Notes: generated by a model from the sequence alone, not told the origin. DNA of 64,000 bases from a virus (IMGVR_UViG_3300047561_001900:7822-71821); one strand, 5' to 3'; positions 8,520-16,666 are shown, counted from the stretch's first letter. Program-made: numbers and translations.

Positions 8520-8777
8520 ATGAATGAAATGGACACCACAATTGAAACACCAACAGAACCTCAGGCACCCTATGATGCTGAAATGCATTGCAGGAAGATT
8601 GCTTGGATGGGCAAGAACAGCCCTGATTGGGACATTGAGAACCAGACACTGGAACAGTACCTGGAAACCTCAGCAGATTATCCCACGGATGCACAGGTGG
8701 CAGGCTTCAACCATCTGTGGGTGGAACCTTTCGTGCCTGTTAAGAGAGAGAAGTATCAGGGAGAACCCACCAAATGA
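8520..8777 (+). CDS. Hypothetical protein
   Basis: 85 aa; AAGGAG RBS. Confidence 0.65.
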   Translation: MNEMDTTIETPTEPQAPYDAEMHCRKIAWMGKNSPDWDIENQTLEQYLETSADYPTDAQVAGFNHLWVEPFVPVKREKYQGEPTK

Positions 8778-8835
8778 TGCATCACAATTGCATTGACATC
8801 AGCAAACAAAGCAGCCAACATAAGGAGAATAACAA

Positions 8836-9519
8836 ATGAGTAACAACACCAACATCACAGGAGCAGTAACCGACAAACTAGTGGAAGCCTTTGAGTTCTT
8901 TAATACCGAACTCAAGACCAATCTGGACAACCCCGTATTCACGCTCATACCCAACCGTGGGCGTCAGAGCTACTATGGATGGTATTGGCAAGGGCGCTGG
9001 AAAGATGGCAAGAAGACCCTGCCTGAGATCAACATTACAGCTGATACATTGAAGCGGTCCGTGGAAGACATTTGTGAGACCATCATACATGAGATGGTGC
9101 ATTATGCCAACAATGTGGCAGGTGTGGTGGACTGCAATGGCAATCAGTATCACAACAAGCACTTCAAGACACGTGCAGAAGCATTTGGGCTCAAAGTTGA
9201 GAAGGTGCAGAACAAAGGCTATGCTCGTACTGCATTGGATGAGCGGGCTGCCAACATGGTGAAGAAGTACAAGTCAAAATATTGCAAGGATGACAAGAAC
9301 CCCTTCCATGTGTACCGCATTGGTGCAGAGTCCAAGACTGTTACCAAGAAGTCAGACAAGCGCTTCATTGCCATTGATCGTGCATTGGCTGCTTGTGCTG
9401 AAGGTCAGTATGAAGGTGGCACGCTCAGAGAATTGGTGGAACACTTGTTGGAGTCATATGTGTCTGAGGGTGCAGTGATGCATGCCAATCGTTGCAAAGA
9501 GCTTGAGCAACTGGCTTGA
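8836..9519 (+). CDS. SprT-like zinc metallopeptidase
   Basis: HExxH motif TIIHEMVHY followed by YHNKHF third-ligand motif. Confidence 0.8.
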   Translation: MSNNTNITGAVTDKLVEAFEFFNTELKTNLDNPVFTLIPNRGRQSYYGWYWQGRWKDGKKTLPEINITADTLKRSVEDICETIIHEMVHYANNVAGVVDCNGNQYHNKHFKTRAEAFGLKVEKVQNKGYARTALDERAANMVKKYKSKYCKDDKNPFHVYRIGAESKTVTKKSDKRFIAIDRALAACAEGQYEGGTLRELVEHLLESYVSEGAVMHANRCKELEQLA

Positions 9520-9538
9520 AGCACATACAATTGTAACA

Positions 9539-10039
9539 ATGAGAACAGCGTTGTTGATCATCATGATCATGACAAGTGCAGCACACAGTCAAGGGGTGAT
9601 CAACATTCAATCAGGCACAGGTGTGCCCACAGACATGGGTGTGGGTGCATTGTTGGGTGCATTGCTGGCTCCCATGATCAGCAAGGGTAGTGATGCCAAG
9701 TTGGTAGGTGGGCTGCTGGGTGCGGCAGCAGGTGGTGCATATGGTACCGCACAGATGCAACAACAACAGGCACAGTCCCAGCACATGAACGCCTCAATGG
9801 CATATCAGATGCAGCTGCAGCAACAACAGATAGCCACTTTGCAGAGACAGATGGCTCATATGGACACAAGTGGTGGCAGTAGTAGTGAGTACCAAGGGCC
9901 TATCAAGATGGGCATTGGCAAGGGCAAGATGGTCAAGAGCCCATACAGCAACTTCAGCATGGATCCTGCCAGCTGCAACATGACAAGTGGTGAGGTGGTG
10001 TATGATCCCATCAATGGCAAGCCATTCAGATTGCCCTGA
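9539..10039 (+). CDS. Secreted/membrane glycine-zipper protein
   Basis: Signal-like MRTALLIIMIMTSAAHS; GALLGALL...GGLLGAAAGGAYG glycine zipper; Q-rich coil. Confidence 0.65.
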   Translation: MRTALLIIMIMTSAAHSQGVINIQSGTGVPTDMGVGALLGALLAPMISKGSDAKLVGGLLGAAAGGAYGTAQMQQQQAQSQHMNASMAYQMQLQQQQIATLQRQMAHMDTSGGSSSEYQGPIKMGIGKGKMVKSPYSNFSMDPASCNMTSGEVVYDPINGKPFRLP

Positions 10040-10065
10040 TGCATGCAAGCCTGCATAATATGCAC

Positions 10066-10221
10066 ATGAGCAACACAATGACCATTGCAGAGTACATGGA
10101 AGACAGGCGCAGAGACATTGATAGGTATGTGGAGGGTGAGCACAAGTGGTATGGTGACTGCAGTACAACCATGCCCAGTGTATCGATGAATGTGGATCCA
10201 TTGCCTTGGTATGTTAAGTAA
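10066..10221 (+). CDS. Small hypothetical protein
   Basis: TTGCCC-N17-CATAAT-N6-ATG(10066), MSNTMTIAEY... Confidence 0.55.
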   Translation: MSNTMTIAEYMEDRRRDIDRYVEGEHKWYGDCSTTMPSVSMNVDPLPWYVK

Positions 10222-10224
10222 CAC

Positions 10225-10455
10225 ATGATACATGATGCTGTACTGGCCACGTTAACAGATGAAGAGCATGGCTTGTTGATGAGTACCAGTGCACACATAT
10301 ACAATGCCATGGGCCTGCCACACAATGCACAATGGGTGAAGATGTTGAGAGTGGATCAATTGAGAACATACCTGCACAAGATAGCCAACCTGAATGCAGA
10401 GGGTGTACAAGTGAGAGACACTCTGGTACATAAGCTGAGCAGTGATGGGTTCTGA
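10225..10455 (+). CDS. Small hypothetical protein
   Basis: 76 aa, tandem. Confidence 0.55.
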   Translation: MIHDAVLATLTDEEHGLLMSTSAHIYNAMGLPHNAQWVKMLRVDQLRTYLHKIANLNAEGVQVRDTLVHKLSSDGF

Positions 10456-10654
10456 ACAGTGCATGCATTCTAGACAGGTGTGCATCTAATAGAGCCACAC
10501 TGCTATATAACCCCAGCATGCAAATCCTCTAATAGAGACAAACACAACTGTGTTCCAAAGCCCCATGCTCCCAAATTTTTTGCGCAAATTTTTGTAGATT
10601 TTGGCCAATGGCTTTTTAGTATACTGAGTTCCCCAAATCCCCCTGGGTCTGCAA

Positions 10655-10960
10655 TTACTGAGGCTTCTGCACCATCTTAACAATCAGATTCTCCACTGTC
10701 TTGCCTATATTGGAACCTGTGGGTACATTAAATGCAGTCAATAGATTTTGGATGGCTTTCTGTTGATCTGCAGTGATCTTCATTTGTCCTGCCATGGCAT
10801 TAACTGCTGCACCTGCTTGACTAGCCAATTGTGCTGGCACTTGTTGTGCCATGTTGTCCAGAGCCACAGCACCTGCACCAGCAGTGGGCATGGCATCTGC
10901 TTCAGTGATCACTCTGGAACACTTGTACATCTCAAACATGGCACGTGCATCTGCATTCAT
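10655..10960 (-). CDS. Hypothetical late protein, probable head protein
   Basis: CCTAAATA upstream; N-terminus MNADARAMFEMYK...VITEAD. Confidence 0.65.
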   Translation of the reverse strand: MNADARAMFEMYKCSRVITEADAMPTAGAGAVALDNMAQQVPAQLASQAGAAVNAMAGQMKITADQQKAIQNLLTAFNVPTGSNIGKTVENLIVKMVQKPQ

Positions 10961-10964
10961 TGCA

Positions 10965-11600
10965 TTATTTAGGCTGCATGTTGGTTATGAATGCATTCAT
11001 GATCTGTTTGGGCAGTGGTGGATTGAATTCTATTTCCACACGTCTGTTGGGTTGTTGTTGTTGAATACCTTGTGCAGGTGCTTTGCCATTCACTATGTCA
11101 TATTGCAATGGCACCTTGGCATTCTTCATGCCACCTGTTTTGGCTGACACTTTGGTCACACCAGCTTGTTGCAATGCCTCAGACACTGCTTGTGCCCGGG
11201 ACATGCCCAATTGCTGGTTGTATGATGTGCCACCATACAAATCAGTGTACCCCACCACATTCACCTGTATGTTGGCATTGTTCAATCTTAAAATTTGTTG
11301 TGCTATGCGTTGAATCACTTGTTGTCCTGCTGGTTTCAGTGTGGCCTTATCAAATTCAAACAATATGTTCTCATTCAAATCCAAGTGACCTGCAGGTGTG
11401 ATCACCACCTGATTGAAGCTGTTGACAGGTTTGAATGCACCATTCACCATGAAGCCATTGGCATTGGGTGTCATTGCATTGGTATTGGCCACAGGCAAGA
11501 ATTTACGCAAACGACCATTGGCAGACAATTGCACAGGTTGTTCACTCAATTCACTCACCATTCTGTATGCCTCAAACAGGTGATGCATGTCATTGTTCAC
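10965..11600 (-). CDS. OmpA-like C-terminal peptidoglycan-binding domain protein without signal peptide
   Basis: ILFEFDKATLKP, VVGYTDLYGGTSYNQQLGMSRAQAV and NRRVEI motifs; GTG start 5 nt after CATAAGTA. Confidence 0.85.
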   Translation of the reverse strand: MNNDMHHLFEAYRMVSELSEQPVQLSANGRLRKFLPVANTNAMTPNANGFMVNGAFKPVNSFNQVVITPAGHLDLNENILFEFDKATLKPAGQQVIQRIAQQILRLNNANIQVNVVGYTDLYGGTSYNQQLGMSRAQAVSEALQQAGVTKVSAKTGGMKNAKVPLQYDIVNGKAPAQGIQQQQPNRRVEIEFNPPLPKQIMNAFITNMQPK

Positions 11601-11620
11601 TGTGTTACTTATGGTGGTTA

Positions 11621-11637
11621 AAAAAACTTTTCGGAAC
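11621..11637 (-). repeat. Conserved intergenic 17-mer, copy 2
   Basis: GTTCCGAAAAGTTTTTT on minus strand after stop of 11650-11865. Confidence 0.85.
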
Positions 11638-11649
11638 TGGCACCTGCGG

Positions 11650-11865
11650 TCATGGGCAGGGCATCCATTCACCATTCACAAGCTTGTACCTTTTGGTGCC
11701 CAAGGCAGTGTTCTGTTCAATGTGCTGCAGCAGCGTTTTAACATCTGTTCTCAATTGTGCATTGTCCACAGCCATCTCATTGGGTTGACCCACATATGCA
11801 TTGTAATGTTTCACTGCATCATACAGGATTGCACATTGTTGAGCAGTGAGTTGCAGTTGATCCAT
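11650..11865 (-). CDS. Small hypothetical late protein
   Basis: 71 aa; TCTAAATA upstream. Confidence 0.6.
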   Translation of the reverse strand: MDQLQLTAQQCAILYDAVKHYNAYVGQPNEMAVDNAQLRTDVKTLLQHIEQNTALGTKRYKLVNGEWMPCP

Positions 11866-11885
11866 GCATTATTTAGAGATGGTGC

Positions 11886-11913
11886 TTGCCATGGCCATGG
11901 ATTCCTGTATCAT
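11886..11913 (+). promoter_or_regulatory. Early promoter
   Basis: TTGCCA-N16-TATCAT-N6-ATG(11920). Confidence 0.6.
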
Positions 11914-11919
11914 ATGCAC

Positions 11920-12084
11920 ATGGCAAACATCATTGGATACCACAGAAACAACAGCAATCACAGCAACAAAACACTGGCCAAACAGTTCCGCGACAGGACC
12001 ATCAAGCCCATCAAGGCCATGGGCACACGCAGCAAGCCTGCCTATCGTGCACGGCGTTCTGATCACGGTCAGAAGCGCAGCTAA
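11920..12084 (+). CDS. 54-aa highly basic protein
   Basis: MANIIGYHRNNSNHSNKTLAKQFRDRTIKPIKAMGTRSKPAYRARRSDHGQKRS; 3' part of track ORF 11587-12084. Confidence 0.55.
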   Translation: MANIIGYHRNNSNHSNKTLAKQFRDRTIKPIKAMGTRSKPAYRARRSDHGQKRS

Positions 12085-12099
12085 AAAACTTTTCGGAAC
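12083..12099 (-). repeat. Conserved intergenic 17-mer, copy 3
   Basis: Follows the GT11 stop and an ACCTG/CAGGT hairpin. Confidence 0.85.
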
Positions 12100-12115
12100 C
12101 CACCTGCGGCACAGG

Positions 12116-12892
12116 TTACGCAGCCTGCCAATCAGGCATGTCAAAGATTGGTGCATGCCAGGCATGTTCTCTGGGTATGTTATAATAGTACACTGTGGGT
12201 GCATCACTCAAAGCTGCCAACCACCAACTGAAGGTGCCAGTGCAAGCCACCACTGCATTGAAACCCCTGGCAAAATTGAGAGTATTGGCAGGTGTGTCAT
12301 GATACAGCTGCAAGTTGAATTCTTTTTGTAACCGTTGAATCATGTCATCATGACGGTTCATGGGATCTGTGGTGATGTATCCATGTGTGCACTGCAATTG
12401 TGTGAGCACCTTGTGGTAATACTCATAGGTACCAGACCTTTCCATGGACAGATCACCCAGTCGTGCATGTACTAGTACACCTTCTTGTGGTTCTAAAGGT
12501 TTAACTGGTTGAAATACTTCTTTAATTTCCTTGTAATAACGAATCAAGAATTTTTGCACCTGAAAATAACCTGCATAAAAACAATCCTGTGCACCCAACA
12601 CACTCAAATCATCACAATGCTGTTGCAACCAATCATCACCTATGATGTTGTCCTTGCTGCCAAAGAACCCCAAACTGTCTGCAGATTGCACCAACTGTAT
12701 GTGGTCTGGCTTGCATGAGAAATATTCCTTGAAATCTGGATAATGTTGTGACATGTCTGCCAGATCAAAATTCAAATTCTGCAATTTGTTGCCACTGTGA
12801 TGGGCCAGCACACAAGCACCTGCATGTTGCAGCATTCTGTTGCCCAGTCGCCCACTCCATTGCACCTGAATCACCCATTGTTTAATCTGCAT
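12116..12892 (-). CDS. Alpha-1,2-fucosyltransferase-like (GT11)
   Basis: GRLGNRMLQ, LVHARLGD and GTFSWW motifs; start refined to MQIKQW. Confidence 0.8.
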   Translation of the reverse strand: MQIKQWVIQVQWSGRLGNRMLQHAGACVLAHHSGNKLQNLNFDLADMSQHYPDFKEYFSCKPDHIQLVQSADSLGFFGSKDNIIGDDWLQQHCDDLSVLGAQDCFYAGYFQVQKFLIRYYKEIKEVFQPVKPLEPQEGVLVHARLGDLSMERSGTYEYYHKVLTQLQCTHGYITTDPMNRHDDMIQRLQKEFNLQLYHDTPANTLNFARGFNAVVACTGTFSWWLAALSDAPTVYYYNIPREHAWHAPIFDMPDWQAA

Positions 12893-12907
12893 GCAGGTGT
12901 TTGCCAG

Positions 12908-12934
12908 TTGACTTCTGCTGCAACATGTTATAAT
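12908..12934 (+). promoter_or_regulatory. Early promoter
   Basis: TTGACT-N15-TATAAT-N6-ATG(12941). Confidence 0.65.
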
Positions 12935-12940
12935 TAAATT

Positions 12941-14065
12941 ATGGATAAAGTAGCATACCAACCATACAGCACCATTTCTGGCACCTACAGTTTGTTCAGT
13001 GCAAGTCATTATTTTTCTCATCGCTTTGGTGTGCAACCATCTGTGTATCGCCCTGTGCGCTTGTTGTACAAAGACACATGCTTGGAAAAACTTGAAAAAA
13101 ACTTCAAATGCATATTTGAAGCAACTGTGCCATTCAAAACCAAAGATGAATTGAAAACAGTCACCACCATTTATGCATTTGAAGGTGAAAACATTGTCAT
13201 CTACCTGGAACGTTCACGCATGGAGACATTTTTAGATGAACACATTGATGTGGAGTTTGATCACAGCACACAAAGAGACATCAATTCTCCCACCTTCTCA
13301 CTCACCATATTGTACAATGACAGAAAGAAACTGGCTGATGCAATTACCTACTTTGAGGTGCAAGAGGAAAGCCCCACCAACAACATTTATTTGATTGTGG
13401 GATCACCCACTGAGGGATTTGTGTTGAAAGAATTCAACACCAAGCTGCCTTGCAAAGACATGGATTTGGATATCAACTATGGAGAAACTTTTGCAAAGAA
13501 ACACAAGACAATCCTGAAGCGGTTGAATGCTGCCAATGACACTGGGCTGGTCATATTGAATGGCAAGCCTGGCACAGGCAAGACAACATACATTAAATAC
13601 CTCACCACAGTTCTGAACAAAAAAATTATATTTGTGCCACCCAACATGGCTGAAGGCATCACTGCTCCAAGCTTTTTGCCATTTTTATTGGAAAATAAAA
13701 ATTCCATATTGGTCATTGAAGATGCAGAGAAGGTAATTGGATCACGAGATTCCAATGACACCAACAATGGTGTGTCCAACATCTTGAACATGACTGATGG
13801 TGTGTTGGGCGATTGCTTGAACATTCAAATCATAGCCACATTGAACACCACACGCGAGAAAATTGATCCAGCTTTGCTCCGACGAGGCCGATTAATTGCT
13901 GAACATGAATTCAAAGAATTATCCATTGAAGACTCCAACAAGCTGTTCAAACATTTGAAAACAAAGAAAACCACAGATAAACCTCTGACACTTACAGACA
14001 TATATAACAATGAAGAAGACAGCATTGAAGCAGACAAACCTGAAGTAAAACGCATGGGGTTTTAA
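12941..14065 (+). CDS. AAA+ ATPase (BCS1-like)
   Basis: Walker A GKPGTGKT, Walker B LVIEDAE, SRH DPALLRRGRL. Confidence 0.85.
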   Translation: MDKVAYQPYSTISGTYSLFSASHYFSHRFGVQPSVYRPVRLLYKDTCLEKLEKNFKCIFEATVPFKTKDELKTVTTIYAFEGENIVIYLERSRMETFLDEHIDVEFDHSTQRDINSPTFSLTILYNDRKKLADAITYFEVQEESPTNNIYLIVGSPTEGFVLKEFNTKLPCKDMDLDINYGETFAKKHKTILKRLNAANDTGLVILNGKPGTGKTTYIKYLTTVLNKKIIFVPPNMAEGITAPSFLPFLLENKNSILVIEDAEKVIGSRDSNDTNNGVSNILNMTDGVLGDCLNIQIIATLNTTREKIDPALLRRGRLIAEHEFKELSIEDSNKLFKHLKTKKTTDKPLTLTDIYNNEEDSIEADKPEVKRMGF

Positions 14066-14083
14066 AAAAAGATGTTACATGGC

Positions 14084-14091
14084 CATAAATA
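14084..14091 (+). promoter_or_regulatory. Late promoter CATAAATA
   Basis: 6 nt upstream of ATG 14098. Confidence 0.65.
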
Positions 14092-14097
14092 TAATAT

Positions 14098-14475
14098 ATG
14101 GCATCCATAGTTTTTACAAATACTGTCGCAGACCCCAACGCAACTTCACCTGCTAGCTTAAATTTAGCTTTAACAGCCAATGGTGTTGGCATCACTTTCT
14201 TGGAAGCTGGTACAACCAGTGTGTTGTTCACTGCTCCTACTGCCAATGGCAATGCATTGAATGGCAAATATACAGGTGTGACATTTGTGGGCAACACCAC
14301 CAGAGTCAACATTGACACTGCATTGAACAATACAGTGATGGCACTGGAGAAATCAGACAACACAAGCAGCTTGTTCACATACAACAGCGCAGTGCCATTG
14401 TTGCGTCCGTTGACCAACAATGGTTATGACTCTGTTGGATCAGAGTCATTGAGGATGTGGAATCTTAACGGGTAA
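14098..14475 (+). CDS. Hypothetical late (virion?) protein
   Basis: 125 aa, T/N/A-rich, behind late promoter. Confidence 0.65.
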   Translation: MASIVFTNTVADPNATSPASLNLALTANGVGITFLEAGTTSVLFTAPTANGNALNGKYTGVTFVGNTTRVNIDTALNNTVMALEKSDNTSSLFTYNSAVPLLRPLTNNGYDSVGSESLRMWNLNG

Positions 14476-14661
14476 TTACTTACCCTTGCGCTTGTTCTTT
14501 TCCGCTTGAATGCTCTTGCGCTCGTCACGTGAATACTTGATCACCTCTTGAAGAGCTTTGCGAGCACGTGTGCCTGCAGCATTGTTACCACCCCAGAATT
14601 TTTCACTCTCAGTGGCAAAGGTTTCAACAATAGTTTTTAAGGAATCAGATGTGTTTGACAT
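14476..14661 (-). CDS. Histone H1-like (Hc1 family) small DNA-binding protein
   Basis: GNNAAGTRARKALQE motif typical of Hc1-like proteins. Confidence 0.7.
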   Translation of the reverse strand: MSNTSDSLKTIVETFATESEKFWGGNNAAGTRARKALQEVIKYSRDERKSIQAEKNKRKGK

Positions 14662-14807
14662 ATACCTGATTTATCATGCAATGCATAAAAATCAACCTAC
14701 TTGTTCTTTGACCATATTTTCCAACTGGCCACTGTGGCAACAATCACTGTCAACAGAAACGTACACATAATATTATTTAGATGTAGCAACATTGCAGTGT
14801 GTTGTTT

Positions 14808-15410
14808 TTATCTGAAGGAATTATGCAGATCTTCTGCCAACTTCAAGTTATAATCATATGACTTGTTAACCAGATCAATGAACACATCTTCATGCATTGC
14901 AGCACTCTCAATCAACCCACGAGCCAGCTTGATGCATTGCCTCACATTTTTAAATTTTAACATGGAATTGTATTTGAAATTTTTACTCATAATTTGACCA
15001 CCATACAAATCACCCAACCATCGGATGTAAAAATCAGAGATCAATTCAAAATCTGTTTTGTCAATACACGCCTTGACCCATTCGCTGTTGAACAGCTTGT
15101 ATGTTGTTTGCACTTTTAATGCATCTTGATAATTGCGAATATCTTCTGTGATCTGTGCATCTCTGTGCAATGGGGAGAATTGTGCTGGTTGTAACAGCCG
15201 ATTTTCAATGATGGTGTAGATGGGGGAGAGATTCTCAATATAAGCAAAATACTCCTCTGCAGAAATGTCACCGGTGATTAGTTTGTGAATGAAAGGATGA
15301 GACTCTATTGCATCATGTTTGGCACGCGTTTGTGCTTTTAATTTTTTTGCAAAAGCAGTGGGTCTGTAAGCAGTAATAACATTAATCAAATGCAAAAAGT
15401 CCATAGCCAT
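14808..15410 (-). CDS. Heme oxygenase-like protein
   Basis: Proximal helix LKAQTRAKHDAIE, distal helix YIRWLGDLYGGQ. Confidence 0.8.
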   Translation of the reverse strand: MAMDFLHLINVITAYRPTAFAKKLKAQTRAKHDAIESHPFIHKLITGDISAEEYFAYIENLSPIYTIIENRLLQPAQFSPLHRDAQITEDIRNYQDALKVQTTYKLFNSEWVKACIDKTDFELISDFYIRWLGDLYGGQIMSKNFKYNSMLKFKNVRQCIKLARGLIESAAMHEDVFIDLVNKSYDYNLKLAEDLHNSFR

Positions 15411-15438
15411 ATTGTAGACTACAGATGCATTAGATCAA

Positions 15439-15654
15439 TTATTTCTTCTTTTTCTTGGAAGTCTTCTTTTTCTTTTTCTTTACTGGCTCTTCTGTTGCAA
15501 CAACGTCTTCTGTGTCCCATGTGCATACATCTTGCTTATGACCCTTGACAGAGTCCACCAAATCTAACACCTTGTACTTGACTGTGTCAATCAAATCTTC
15601 CACACGGAAGATGGTGTCATAATATGCATCCAGAACTTTGTCGAATAGTTTCAT
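15439..15654 (-). CDS. Small hypothetical protein with poly-Lys tail
   Basis: 71 aa; AATAAATA-like late motif upstream. Confidence 0.65.
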   Translation of the reverse strand: MKLFDKVLDAYYDTIFRVEDLIDTVKYKVLDLVDSVKGHKQDVCTWDTEDVVATEEPVKKKKKKTSKKKKK

Positions 15655-15659
15655 ATTAT

Positions 15660-15836
15660 TTATTTAGTCTCTTTGCCCCTATTACCCCAACTCATCATGC
15701 CGAGTTTATTGCGTATTTTGAGCAGATCTTTGATGGTTTTGCAACTGGCTATTTTTTTCAGAACGCTTTTTCTTTTGCCACCCTTTGCTGTGTATCTCTC
15801 CACTGTAAAAGCTATGAGATCATCCAACTCTGCCAT
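15660..15836 (-). CDS. Small basic hypothetical protein
   Basis: MAELDDL...; ACTAAATA-N5-ATG. Confidence 0.6.
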   Translation of the reverse strand: MAELDDLIAFTVERYTAKGGKRKSVLKKIASCKTIKDLLKIRNKLGMMSWGNRGKETK

Positions 15837-15866
15837 GCAATTATTTAGTCGACTACCCAACAGTAA

Positions 15867-16235
15867 TTAACAATGATAATTTAGGTAGCGCTGAGCTGCT
15901 TTAGCTGTATGATTTCCTTTATTTTTTTGCTTAGCCTTAAGACCTCTAGCCTTAGAACAAGTCATTTTACCTTTAGTCTGACGCTTCAATATGCCTGGCC
16001 TGACAGGATCGTGTATACTTTTTTCCTGTAAATCCTTTCTTTGACTTTGCTTCCACCATTCACACCACGCCTCAGGCTTAATATCACCAGCTACTGCTGA
16101 ACACTTATCCGGGGCTCTCCACATGGTGCATTGATCACATCTCTGACCTTTAACAGTATGCGCTACATAACCAGCCTCTTGCTTAGAATGCTTTTGCTTT
16201 GACTCAGCTAAAAACTGCTTAAACGTCTTCACCAA
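15867..16235 (-). CDS. Probable head protein with HiPIP-like Cys cluster
   Basis: N-term KTFKQFLAE; CDQC-x8-C-x12-WC motif (CDQCTMWRAPDKCSAVAGDIKPEAWCEWW). Confidence 0.7.
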   Translation of the reverse strand: MVKTFKQFLAESKQKHSKQEAGYVAHTVKGQRCDQCTMWRAPDKCSAVAGDIKPEAWCEWWKQSQRKDLQEKSIHDPVRPGILKRQTKGKMTCSKARGLKAKQKNKGNHTAKAAQRYLNYHC

Positions 16236-16492
16236 TTTTTACAGCTAAAATACTTGGCTGTCCCGGGCTTAGCAGAAGAGCACTTGTGTCGCGCTCTGAA
16301 CGATCTTCTCTTTGTGGGGTTAGATTTCTTGATACGCAAATTGGGATCACCATAATGCACTCTTTTCAATTTGCCACCCACACGTGCACACCGCATGTAC
16401 TTCTTATCAGACCTGGAAGATGACTGTTGACCTGTGACCTTGGTACATCTGGCGCCAGCTTTTTCTAGGAGAAATTGCTTGAAAGTCTGCAT
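16229..16492 (-). CDS. Small basic Cys-containing phage protein, probable head protein
   Basis: MQTFKQFLLE N-term; HYGDPNLRIKKSNPTKRRSFRARHKC...YFSCKNW motif seen in T4-like phage proteins. Confidence 0.7.
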   Translation of the reverse strand: MQTFKQFLLEKAGARCTKVTGQQSSSRSDKKYMRCARVGGKLKRVHYGDPNLRIKKSNPTKRRSFRARHKCSSAKPGTAKYFSCKNW

Positions 16493-16615
16493 GTTAGTAT
16501 TTAATGTACCACAACAGTTAAATATAGCATTAGTAATGCTAATAACATTTATTAGAAGCTTGAAATTATAATAATAGCTGTTATAAGTATAGACATAGGA
16601 ACAAATTAAAAGATA

Positions 16616-16666
16616 TGAAAAATAAATCTAATGTTTTTCAGTCTCACCTGTCTAATATGGTATATG
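16616..16666 (+). repeat. 51-bp direct repeat upstream of the PEP-CTERM cassette (copy 2 at 22186-22236)
   Basis: TGAAAAATAAATCTAATGTTTTWCAGTCTCAMCTGTCTAATA-nnn-TATATG; 5 mismatches over 51 nt; ends on an ATG. Confidence 0.9.
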
